Below, in pieces: positions 11,592 through 22,604 of a DNA stretch of 43,750 nt. Source of the DNA: Ascoidea asiatica JCM 7603 (taxonomy: Eukaryota > Fungi > Ascomycota); the NCBI GenBank assembly GCA_001600695.1, contig BCKQ01000012.1, forward strand, positions 313,779 through 357,528, given 5' to 3'. A program made the translations under genes and the position numbers. The stretch's first letter is position 1. Every line of letters begins with the position of its first letter. The notes beneath the pieces were generated by a model. That model had not been told where the DNA came from. It did no database searches and worked only from the letters and a program-made list of their open reading frames with translations.

Positions 11592-12613
11592 TTATACTTT
11601 TTTCAATTCCTTCAAGCATCTTTTGTACTTACACATAATTCCATAATCAACTCTTAGCTTTTTTCTTCTTTCAAAAACAAATTTAAAAGGATCAACATAA
11701 CTAGTATATAATTCTTCATTTTTTTTTAAATCTTTACAAGCATAAATCTTAAGACTATTCTTGAGCATCGAATCACCAAAATCCATTCTTGTATTCAAAT
11801 CACATCTATGTTTGAGATTGGATTGAATTAAATAAATTGATGTATTTATATTATTACAATTAAAATTTCCTAAATAAAACATGAACTCTTCATATGATAA
11901 TTTATCTTCTTTTTGAAAACAATCATTAAATAATTTAAATCCATTTTCCCACATATTTTCCAAATATTCTTTTGATGGTAAAACAACTTCATTTTCAAAA
12001 ATTCTTAAAAATTTCACTCTTTTATCCATTGAAATTGTTTTTAAAGATTTAAATTGTTTTAAAAATAATTCATTTGATTTATTTGAATGTAGTCTTAAGA
12101 AAATTTAAAATTTTCTGAATTCAATTCCTTTTCTGGATTTGAATTATGATAAACAAATTTATGAAAATTATGTTCAATTGTTTTACAATCTAAAGAGTAA
12201 TATGAAAATTCACATTTATCACATTTAAGTAAATTCATTAAATGCTCATTTGTTGGATAATAACAATAATTACAAATAATACCTTTTTCAACAAAAGGTG
12301 AAATTTGAAAATCATGATGTTTTATTAATGGTTTTTCAATCCATAATAATGTACCTTTTTTAATTTCTTTTCTTGCAAAAAGTCTACATCCTTCTTTTTC
12401 AGAATAAACTGCTTTAACTAATTTATTTGAGGTTTGATCATTGTTAGAAATTTCATCTTCATAATCAATTCCTAAACATGGAGTTCTCTTATGTGTTATT
12501 TTTGAAGCAAACCCAATTTGTTCCTCATCTAGAGTTTCGCGTAAAATTTTTCTAAATTCAGGAGAACACATATCTTTATCGATATATTCAATCACAAAGT
12601 CACTATCACCCAT
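11592..12613 (-). pseudogene. SET5-like (SET/MYND lysine methyltransferase) paralog, frameshifted and degenerate
   Basis: EGCRLFARKEIKKGTLLWIEKP and MYND-like CNYC..CDKC in 12095-12613; YLGNFNCN..IYLIQSNLKHRCDLN..YTSYVDP..RRKKLRVDYGIMC in 11592-12029. The frame changes near 12100, the NHxCxPN motif reads KHRCDLN, and one post-SET Cys reads Tyr. Confidence 0.8.
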
Positions 12614-13022
12614 ATCTTCAGACTTTGAATATATTAGTTACTATTGAAAAAAAAGAAGAAGAGCCTTATATAGGCAAATAATCTTGAATTCAGTTGAAAT
12701 CATAGCATAATAACAAAACATTTATTACCATATCTTATTATGGGTACTTAAAAAATTAAAAGTTTCCTAATTCGGACTGCTTTTATCCACCATTTTACAT
12801 ATTCCTCATAGACTTCAAATATTCCACTTATTTTTTTTTATAATCAAATTAATTGGAAAAATTCAAAGCTCCCTTGGGAAAGTATTTTAAAATTAACAGT
12901 ATTTTACAGTGAAAATAAGAAAAAAGTAATACAGTAATTTTTATTTAAATCAAAAAGAAAAGTATCAATAATTGTTTAAGGATGTAATTAATTTCAATAC
13001 TTTCAATTTATCAATGAATCAA

Positions 13023-13210
13023 TTAACTTTTTTTTAATTCAACGAAAATTTCGATTTTAAAACTTTTAATTCCTTTTCACATTTTTTACAATTACATACA
13101 ATTCCATAACTATTTCTTAAACGTTTATTTATTGCCTGATAACAATGTTACAAATAATTCTTTTTTTTACCTTCTGATTCTGGTCCTGTAAACTACTTCT
13201 GTTAAATAGA
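13023..13210 (-). pseudogene. Second, heavily deleted SET5-like relic
   Basis: Minus strand reads IIC(frameshift)HCYQAINKRLRNSYGIVCNCKKCEKELK, the MYND start fused to a post-SET CxCxxC. Its upstream flank resembles that of the neighbouring copy. Confidence 0.75.
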
Positions 13211-13661
13211 AAGGGGAAAATTAAAATGGAAATATAGAAATAGCCTTATAGATACTAAATGTTGGTATTTTGAAAAAATATTCACTTTACCACACCTTGT
13301 TTTAATCCTGACACTTAAAAGTTTCCTATTTCAAACTGTTTTTATTTCACCACATTTAGAAAATCCGTCGGTTATTCGAATATCCAGCGGCACGGATAGA
13401 CATTCCGAAAAAAACATATCCATTTAGCACAATGCCTTTTCCAGTTTCCGTTTTTGGTAAATTTTATTTGTGAGACCAGAATTACGGGTCATCTATTCTT
13501 TTCTGTTTTTTGTTTTCAAATTCAATTTCAGTTTCAAACCTTTTCAGAATTCAATGGAATTTGATTAAATTTAATGAAGTTTGATGAGAAATATTTATGT
13601 AAAATTCATATTCAAGTTCTATTCAAATAACTTTTAAAAGAAAAATATATATGAAGCAACA

Positions 13662-15161
13662 ATGAAATTCAATCACTTTATCAAAATTACATCTTTTTTC
13701 ATATTCATCAAACTTTTAATATCAATAATTGTCATTTTCACTCCTTATCAATTCGATACTTCTTCACAATTAATTGTAAATAGTTCTGAAATTTTAAATG
13801 AAAAAAATAAATTCATTGAAACTTGTTCAAGTATTTTCAATTCTTTTATAAGTCAATTATTATACTTTATTTCAAATTCATTTCAAAGTTATGATCAACT
13901 TAATCAAATTAATCGATTAACTTCAACTTTTAAGAATTCTTTAAAATTTTTAATTGAAAATCTTATAAATAAATTAATTGTTTGGGATGCTGTTTATTTT
14001 ACGAAACTATTTCAATATGGAATTGATTATGAACATGAATATGTTTTTGGTCCATTTTGGTGGAGATTCATAAACTTTATATCTAAAAATTTATTTAATT
14101 ACCTTGAAATTTCAAGAAATTTTTACTTTGAATTAATTTTAAGTATAATTTTAACTAATTTTTTTCATTATTTATCATGTATAATTTTATATTATTTAAC
14201 TTCAACTTCATTTAAGAGAAACTCTTTATTTAAGAGATCTTCAAATTTAAATATGCCATTAAAATCTTCTTTATTATTTATTTTATCTCCAAGTGGTATA
14301 TTTCTTTTTGCTCCATATTCAGAATCTTTATCATGTCTTTTAAGTTTCACTGCGATTTATTTAAGAGAAATTTCAATAAACTTCAATGATACAAATTTAA
14401 ATAAATTCAAAATTTCAAATCCTTATTTAATTTCAATTCCAAATATAAATTCATTTTTAAAAAAGATTTCTTATTTTATTTCAGGTACTTTAATTTCTTT
14501 TGGGTTTTTAACAAGATCAAATATTTTATTTTTAGGAATATTTTATTTATATGATTTAATAATTTTTTTAAAATCAAATCAATTTAATTTAGCTTTTTTA
14601 TCTTTAATTACTGGTTCTCAATTATTTTTATCTGTAATTTATTCAATAATTTTACCATATTTAGAATTTTGTCCATCAAGAGGTAAATGGTGTAATTCTT
14701 TTGATAAATCCTTAATTAAATTTTCTCAAACTTATTATTGGAATAATGGTTTCTTAAGATATTGGTCATTATCAAATTTACCAAATTTTTTATTAACTTT
14801 ACCAATAATTTTATTATTTTTAAACTCTATTAATCATTTTAATAAAAGATATTATTGTTTAAATTTATATCCAATAATTTTAATTTCAAAAATATTTTTA
14901 ATTATTGGTATTTTATTTTGGAATGTTCAAATTTTAATTAGAATAAGTTGTTTTTTACCTTTACCTTATTGGTATCTTAGTGATAAATTAAATTTATCAA
15001 TTGAATCTAAATCAAAAGTTGGAAAAGTATTTAAAGAAAATATAAATAAAAATTCAATTAAAATTAATTTCTTTAATACTGAAAAGATATTTATAATATG
15101 GATGATATTATGGATAACAGTTCAATCTTCTTTATTTGCTGCTTTTTTACCACCTGCTTAA
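13662..15161 (+). CDS. GPI18: GPI mannosyltransferase II (PIG-V)
   Basis: QFDTSS, WDAVYF, EHEYVFGPFW, YSESL, YWNNGFLRYWSLSNLPNFLL, terminal FAAFLPPA; multiple hydrophobic segments. Confidence 0.95.
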   Translation: MKFNHFIKITSFFIFIKLLISIIVIFTPYQFDTSSQLIVNSSEILNEKNKFIETCSSIFNSFISQLLYFISNSFQSYDQLNQINRLTSTFKNSLKFLIENLINKLIVWDAVYFTKLFQYGIDYEHEYVFGPFWWRFINFISKNLFNYLEISRNFYFELILSIILTNFFHYLSCIILYYLTSTSFKRNSLFKRSSNLNMPLKSSLLFILSPSGIFLFAPYSESLSCLLSFTAIYLREISINFNDTNLNKFKISNPYLISIPNINSFLKKISYFISGTLISFGFLTRSNILFLGIFYLYDLIIFLKSNQFNLAFLSLITGSQLFLSVIYSIILPYLEFCPSRGKWCNSFDKSLIKFSQTYYWNNGFLRYWSLSNLPNFLLTLPIILLFLNSINHFNKRYYCLNLYPIILISKIFLIIGILFWNVQILIRISCFLPLPYWYLSDKLNLSIESKSKVGKVFKENINKNSIKINFFNTEKIFIIWMILWITVQSSLFAAFLPPA

Positions 15162-15335
15162 TCCATTCTTAGATTATCATATATTATCAATTGTATATTA
15201 TTATTATCTTTTTCATAATCATCATCATCATCATCATCATCATGACCATCATTTACATTATTCATGTCATTATAGTATTGCTTTTATTATATACAAGATT
15301 TATATAAAATTATATAAAGTAAAATACAAATTTTT

Positions 15336-17339
15336 TTAGATATTTAATAATTTACTCATTAATAATGAAGCTGCAACACTAACATTTAAAGAATCTACAG
15401 ATGATTCACCATTAATAATTTCTTCTCTTGGACTATTTAATGTTACTGTGAAATCACTTCTATCAATAATATTTTTCCTAATACCTTTTGCTTCACCACC
15501 CATTATTAAAACACATGGATTAGTTTCAAGTAATGAAGTTAAATCATCATACTCTAATTTTATTACATTATTTATATTTTCATTATAATGTTTTTTAAAA
15601 ATTTCAGATCTTTCAGTTGTTGCAGAAATAAATTTCCAACCATTTTTTTTAGATTCTTCCATAAATGAAAGTGGTTTCATTGCAGAATATATATTTATAA
15701 ATTCTAAAGAACCTGATGAAGTTTTTGCAACAACTGGTGAAAGTGGTGCACAATTATTTCCACTCATTACAACAAAATCAATTCCTAAAAAATATGCACT
15801 TCTTAAAACAGCTCCAATATTATGAGGATCAGTAATTTCATCTAAAAATATACCTAAAGGATATAATTTTGGATTTCTTTTTGGAATAGTATTAAGTTTT
15901 TCAATAACTTCATCTGAGAATATTGATTTAACAATTGAATAACTTTTTATAGTTTCAATTTGTTTTGAGTTTTTTTTTTTAGATTTTTTTTCTCCTTTGA
16001 TAGAATTTATTTTTTCTTCTTTTGATTTTACTTCTGGTTCTCCTTTTAGTTCTTCTACTGTATCTTCTTTTAGTTCTAGTTCAGATTCTTGTTTTGGTTC
16101 TTTGATGGATTGTTCTTCTGTAGTAGGTTCAACGTTTTCCTTAACTTCTGTTTCTTCTTCTTCTACTTTTATTTCAGTTTTTTCCTTTATTTGTTCCTTT
16201 ATTTTAATTTCTTCTTCTTTTATTTGTTCATTGATTTTTTGTTGAATAAGTTTATCAGTATCATTTTCTTGATTTGATATTATAACTTTATTCAAATATT
16301 TAATTTGCTCAACTTCAATTTTACCAACTTCTAAAACATAACCATTATGAACACTATTATTTGAATAATAATTTAATAAATGTTTAGAATCTAATAATTC
16401 AATTGGAATTTTTTTTTCTTTTGCTAATTTTAAAATTTTATTTTGTTCATTTAATTCATTTGAAGGATTATAAATTAAAAGTCTTGAGAAATTTGTTCTT
16501 TTAGGACTTTCTAAACATGCTAAAACTGCAGAAGTTCCAAAAGCATAATCTGATATAGTATTTGTATGACTATTTGTAAAATTAAATTTTGGTCTTGATC
16601 GATCAGAAAATGATGATTCAGTAGATTCAGAATATTCAAATGATTTTGAAGGTTTAGAAAATTCTGAAGATCCTGATGACCATGATTTAGTTTTTCTATC
16701 AAAAGGTTTATTACCAGATTGAAAAGGAGCTTTATCGGAATTTTCATAATTATTTTTACTAAATGAAGAAAATTTATCGCTTTTATCTCTAAATGAGTTT
16801 CCTTCATATCTTTTTTTATTATTTGATTTTCCTCTATCATAAGATTTTGTATTAAAATTATCTTTATCTCTTTTATATGGTTTTTCATTATAAGAATCTC
16901 CTCTATTATAGTCATTATTTCCTCTGTCAAAAGGTTTTCTTCTAAAATCATTATCTTTATGGGAAGAAAAATTATTTTTATAATCATTTCCATCTTTTTT
17001 GAAAAAGTTCTCTTTTCTTTCATCATTATCAAATCTTTTATTTTTTTTTCCCTCATGAAATGCTTTTTGAGCAGCATGAACATGAGAATATTTTTTTCTA
17101 AACCAAGTATCTTTATCTTGTCCATCTCTTTCCCAGGCCTTCACTCGCCTTTTCTCAGGAAAGTTTCTATCAAAACTATCTCTTCTTGTATTATAACTAT
17201 TGGAACCATTTTTGAATTCGGGTATTCCTGGTCTAATTGGATTCTCATCGTATTTACTCACTATTGAGGAAATTGAAAAGGATCTGAAACTGTGGAGGAC
17301 TGTTCTGCCTCTGAGCGAACATATATCAACTCTGAGCAT
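15336..17339 (-). CDS. MRM1: Mitochondrial large-subunit rRNA 2'-O-methyltransferase (SpoU family)
   Basis: Arg/Ser-rich presequence-like N-terminus; KAWERDG..WFRKKYSHVHA; LDEITDPHNIGAVLRSAYFLG; GGEAKGIR; VDSLNVSVA. Confidence 0.95.
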   Translation of the reverse strand: MLRVDICSLRGRTVLHSFRSFSISSIVSKYDENPIRPGIPEFKNGSNSYNTRRDSFDRNFPEKRRVKAWERDGQDKDTWFRKKYSHVHAAQKAFHEGKKNKRFDNDERKENFFKKDGNDYKNNFSSHKDNDFRRKPFDRGNNDYNRGDSYNEKPYKRDKDNFNTKSYDRGKSNNKKRYEGNSFRDKSDKFSSFSKNNYENSDKAPFQSGNKPFDRKTKSWSSGSSEFSKPSKSFEYSESTESSFSDRSRPKFNFTNSHTNTISDYAFGTSAVLACLESPKRTNFSRLLIYNPSNELNEQNKILKLAKEKKIPIELLDSKHLLNYYSNNSVHNGYVLEVGKIEVEQIKYLNKVIISNQENDTDKLIQQKINEQIKEEEIKIKEQIKEKTEIKVEEEETEVKENVEPTTEEQSIKEPKQESELELKEDTVEELKGEPEVKSKEEKINSIKGEKKSKKKNSKQIETIKSYSIVKSIFSDEVIEKLNTIPKRNPKLYPLGIFLDEITDPHNIGAVLRSAYFLGIDFVVMSGNNCAPLSPVVAKTSSGSLEFINIYSAMKPLSFMEESKKNGWKFISATTERSEIFKKHYNENINNVIKLEYDDLTSLLETNPCVLIMGGEAKGIRKNIIDRSDFTVTLNSPREEIINGESSVDSLNVSVAASLLMSKLLNI

Positions 17340-18043
17340 TGTGTGTCTATAAGTCTATATCTATATCTATATATATATATATATCTATGATTGAACAATA
17401 ATATAAAAGCACTTCAAAATACTTCTCTTCATATGAAAAGTTTCCATTGTCAAAATCCCAAATTTTCCAAATTCGACCTTTTTTTTTTTTTTTTTTTGTT
17501 TTTGTTTTGAAAATTCAAAAAAACTTTCTCAGTGGCGTAGTTTCCATTTTGGATGTTAGTGGCTTTAGCATGTTCACCGCCACGTTGCTCTTTTCTCATT
17601 TTTCATTGCTGTGCGCTGCGCTGGAACAATTGCTAAAAGGTGTCATTTCTCAAAAGGCACGAAAAAAAAGCAAAAAAATAAAAAAATCGGGAGGATTTCT
17701 TATTATTGGAAAAGAAATAAAATAAATACTTCAAATACATCATACTTAAAACAAGTCAAAATATATAATATACATATTATTATATTATAGAATCATTATC
17801 CAGAGTTAATAAATTTGAAATTGGAATTCGTAATTCTTTTTTAGCTATTATTCTTTTATTATTTTAGCTTTTATTTATTCTTTAGGTACTAAAGAACATT
17901 AAATTTCACTTTCACTTTTTAAAGTGGCTTTTAAGTCAAAATATCTTATATAAAGATTATAAATTTACATTTCAGAAAAAATATAAAATTATTAGAAACT
18001 TAACTAATAAAAAAATATAAAACTTACTTGAAAAAACAGAAAA

Positions 18044-18088
18044 ATGACAAAACCTGAACAGATGAGTAGCAATAACAATAACAATAAC

Positions 18089-18123
<35 letters not shown>

Positions 18124-19333
18124 TCAGATAGAATTATATGATTCAAGAATTTGGGTTGATGGTTGTTTTGATTTTACACATCATGGACATGCAGGAGCAA
18201 TATTACAAGCCAGAAGATTAGGTAATGAATTATATGCAGGAGTTCATTCAGATGAAGAAATTTTAAAAAATAAAGGTCCAACAGTAATGAAATTAGATGA
18301 AAGATTAGTTGCTGTTAATGCATGTAAATGGGTTACAAAATCTATACCAAATGCACCATATGTTACAGATCCAAATTTTTTAAATAAATTTCATTGTAAA
18401 TATGTTGTTCATGGTGATGATATTACAACAGATGCTAATGGTGAAGATTGTTATAAAATTTGTAAAGATTTAAATAGATTTTTAGTTGTTAAAAGAACTC
18501 CAAATATTTCAACAACAGATTTAGTTGGAAGAATGTTATTATTTTCAAAAAATCATTTTATACCAACAATTTTATCAAAAGATTTAATTAATAATAAAAA
18601 TGAGAATTATATATTATCAAAAGAAAGTAAATTAAAATTTAAAGATTATGCAACAGCTTCAAATGGTATTGATTTAAATTCATTAGTTTATATTTATACA
18701 AAAGATAATTTAAAATTAAATGAATTTATTGAACCTTCATTAGAAATTTTAAATAAATTTAAAAAAAATGGTATATATTTTATTGATGGTGGTTTTGATT
18801 TATTTCAATCTGGTCATATTGAAGCTTTAAGAATAATTTATGAAAAGGCAAAATTAAAAAATATTGGTATAATTGTTGGTATAAATGATGATAATTCAAT
18901 AAATTTAAATAAAGGTTTAAATTATCCAATAATGAATTTATTTGAAAGATCATTATGTGTTTTACAATGTAAATATATTGATGGTATAATTTTAGGTTCA
19001 CCATATATACCAAATAATTTTTTTTTTAAAAATTTAGGTAATAAATTTAATAATAAAGTTTTAAAAATATTTCATGGACCAACAAATGAATATATTAAAG
19101 AAAATAATAATAAAGATAATAATAAATTTATTGATCCATATAAAGAATCAAAATTAATTGGAATTTATGAAAATATTGGTAAACATAAATATGATAATAT
19201 TTCTACAGAAGTTATTGTTAAAAGAGTTTTAGATAATAGAAAAGCATATGAAGAAAGACAAAGAAAAAAAGGATGGAAAAGTGAAATTGAAAGAAAATTA
19301 GAAATGAGTGAAAAAGAAAGTAATAATGAATGA
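18044..19333 (+). CDS. ECT1: Ethanolamine-phosphate cytidylyltransferase
   Basis: Two cytidylyltransferase domains: RIWVDGCFDFTHHGHAGA, KRTPNISTTDLVGRML, IDGGFDLFQSGH, YPIMNLFERSLCVLQCKY. Confidence 0.96.
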
Positions 19334-19905
19334 ATGAACTCTTTTTCATTAAAAGATTTTTGTTTAAAATTAAAATTTTTTGTAATAATAAATTTTTTTT
19401 TGTATTAATATTTTTTTATCATTTTACTTTTTTCTTGTTAGTTTTTTGTTTACCATATACATTTTTACTTTTACTTTTACCTTTACCTTTACTTTTACCT
19501 TTACTTTTACCTTTAATAGTTTAATAATATCTAATATTATTAGTTAATTTCACCCTTAATCATTAATAACATTATTCAAGTCAATCAATCAATCAGTTAA
19601 TCAATAAATAAATAAATAAATACCCTTCTTTTAATAAACTTATACGCGTACACAGTTATGAAGTTGTGAAGTTGTGAAGTTGTAAATTTGGTCATTTTCC
19701 AAATCGGCAATTTCAGTGAGTTCCGGGGAGATGATCCGGTTGGGATCCGAGGCCCGAAGTCTTTTCGGGTATTCTACAGATAAATGCGTAATTTATTATT
19801 TTGTGTTATTTTGTGTTATTATATTATATTATATTATTATATTATTATATTATATTATATGTTATTATAAGAGAATAAATTATCCTTTGAGATTTTAAAT
19901 AGATA

Positions 19906-20348
19906 TTATAAGTTTTTGAAATTATCTTTTTCGAGAGTATGCTGATTGTGATAATGATTATGGTTATGACTATGAGTGTGAATATGGTTATGGCTATGAT
20001 TATGATTGTGATTGTGATTATGTTTATAAGTATGATGAGGCATCATACAATGATCATAAAACATTTTTCTTTTGAAATCATCATAACTAAAACTATTTCT
20101 TTTTAATAACTTACTATTATCTTTGATATTATCTTTAATATTATCTTTGTCGATTGAATCCTTTTTAATATCATTTGAATTAACATTATTAAGATTATTA
20201 TCATTATTATCATTATTATCTTCATTACTTTTACATTTTTTACATTCATTACATTCAACACATTCAATACATTCAATATAATTATTTGAATTATTTGAAT
20301 TATTATTATTTAAATTACTTATTGAAAGGTTATTAAAAGAGGATAAAA

Positions 20349-20406
<58 letters not shown>

Positions 20407-21060
20407 ATCTAAATTTGAATTTAAATTATAATCTAAATTTAAATCTAAATTTGAATCTAAATTTGTATTTGAATTTGAATTTGAATTTGAGAAATTAAAA
20501 GGGGATAATATAATTGGAGATAATGGTTTTGGAGATAATATTGAACATGAAATACCTGACATTAAGAAACTTTTATCAGAATGATTGAAATTTAATTTAT
20601 TTAATTTAATTTTATCATTTTTGTTATCATTATCATTATCATCATTTGATAAAAACTTTGGAAATTTAGAATTTGAATTTGAATTATAATTTGAAATGGA
20701 ATTATAATTTGAATTAGAATTTGAAGAATGAGAATTTGGAGTATCTGAATTAATAGAAGAATTAATATTATTATTATTATTATTATTATTATGATTATAA
20801 TCATAATTATAATTATATTCATTATCATTATAATTATTTATATTATTATTAATATTATTATTTTTGATATTATTATTTTTAATAGCATCATTATAAAAAG
20901 AAGTTGATTTTTTTTGTAATTTAAATTTTAAATCAATTGAATTATTTAAATTATTTAAATCATTATTTAAATTATTATTATTAATATTATTAAATGGAGT
21001 TTTTATTGGTTCTGGAGGAATTTCATTTAATTCATTTAATGATAAATAATTTGAAGACAT
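19906..21060 (-). CDS. Unknown Asn-rich protein with (CxxC)-type repeat and His-rich C-terminus
   Basis: 384-codon ORF with host-like codon usage and good ATG context. Ordered patches: ILSPKPLSP, ECIECVECNECKKCK, LKRNSFSYDDFKRKMFYD, (HN)n tail. Confidence 0.75.
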
Positions 21061-21271
21061 TTTTAATTAAATTTATTAATTTATTAAAGTTATATTTGGA
21101 ATTGAAATTGAAATTGAAATTGAAATTGAATTGAATGGAATTAAATAATACAATTGAGATTTGATATAATTAAATAATTAATTTATTATATATAATGAAT
21201 TGAATAAATTTGGGTAAATCTGGGGATGTATATATTATATTTTATTATATGATTGAATGATATTAGAATAT

Positions 21272-21335
21272 TTCTAAGATAATTCTAAGACTCTTCTAAG
21301 ATAATTCTAAGATATTTCTAAGATATTTTTAAGAG
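21272..21335. repeat. About six phased copies of TTCTAAGA with 11-12 bp period upstream of the orphan gene
   Basis: Copies at 21272, 21283, 21294, 21305, 21317 and a degenerate one near 21328. Confidence 0.8.
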
Positions 21336-21539
21336 AATTTTAATAAAATTTTAAAGGAAACTAAAAAAAAGTTAATAAAATTCAAGGGATTTGAATAAAA
21401 TTAAAGAAACTGATAAAATTTAATCAAAAAATAATTCAATTTCCGAAGTTTTTGTATTTGATAATATTTTCATATTATTTCAATAATATTTCAATAATAT
21501 TTCAATATTATTTCACCTTCTGTGTCATTGTTTGCCATT

Positions 21540-22200
21540 TCTCCAAGAAGTTTTCCTTCGAGAGTTGTGTGATTGAAGAGACACAAGAGCAAAGTGTGAA
21601 AGAAGTGAAGACAGCAGAAAGTGGAACTGGAGCTGGAAGCGTAGCAGCATAAAAAGAATATTAAAAAAACAGAGCAGTTACTCAGTCACTCCTCGAACCA
21701 GAACAGTCTTAAACAGGCAGGTGGAGGAGGCAGGACAAGGCAGCCGGAGCCGGGGAGAGGCAGGTGCATGTCCGCTCGTTCCTTCCGACTGTCGCTGGCG
21801 GATGGCAGCTGGTTTAAGCTTAAATTAAGACACCCCGCACAGATACTGGCTGTGGAGTACATCTCTATACAGTAAGTCAGGGCTCAAAACAAGTACCATT
21901 ATTGTAGTCTCATGCATGTCACGTTACACAAGAGCTCCTAATTATTGGTCTCAAGTGTATCACCTGCATTTTTGTATCCTTTGTTATGGATCCGAGTGCA
22001 GTACCTCATTAAGCCTCACCATGCTTCCGTTGCTGCATGCTTTACGCAGTGCTGTTCCTGCTTCCGATGCTCTTCCAGTGTGGGGGACGCTGCCTGTGAC
22101 TAATCTCTGGGCTATTATTGGCTGGATAGCGGTCGGATCTCCAGCTCATCTGCTTCCTCCACTTATCGACTTAATAGCTTGAATAGTTTAAATAACTTAA
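21540..22200. promoter_or_regulatory. GC-rich divergent regulatory region between the orphan gene and the CYB2-like gene
   Basis: Clear GC enrichment versus flanks; reverse CCAAT (ATTGG) at 21944 and 22117, TGACTAA at 22097, several CGG/CCG triplets. Confidence 0.5.
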
Positions 22201-22554
22201 ATCACTTGCCGTAATAAATTCATTCAATTCAATAAATTCATTCAATTCATATTTTTGTAATTGGTTCGAAGATTTTAAATTCTTCTCCATGTCAATTTAA
22301 AAGTCACTTTTATTTATAATCCTTTGATCCATTTTAAAAATAATCCGTAAAATTCATTTATCCATTTAAAATACCTTTAAAAATATATCTTTCTATCGAA
22401 ATACTAAAATAAATATATATATTAATTATATATAATCTAACATATCTCTAATAATCTGTATATCCTTTTAACATTAAATAATCATTTCATTCAATCAATA
22501 TCAAACCCTCAATCAATACCAAACCCTCAATAAATTAATCAATCAATCAATTAA

Positions 22555-22590
<36 letters not shown>

Positions 22591-22604
22591 AAAGTAATAT
22601 AAAA

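Noticed and set aside
12085-12120. Programmed -1 frameshift joining the two SET5-like ORFs (A AAT TTT)
   Set aside because: Slippage there meets TAA immediately, and independent catalytic-motif damage points to a pseudogene.
17532-17583. Cloverleaf-like fold (GTGGCG...CGCCAC with inner stems) as a tRNA
   Set aside because: Too short, with no proper T-arm/B-box or anticodon arm; more likely paired promoter motifs in the MRM1/ECT1 divergent promoter.
21916-22182. 88-aa ORF in the GC island
   Set aside because: Codon usage is unlike host genes and there are no motifs; long open frames are expected in GC-rich DNA.
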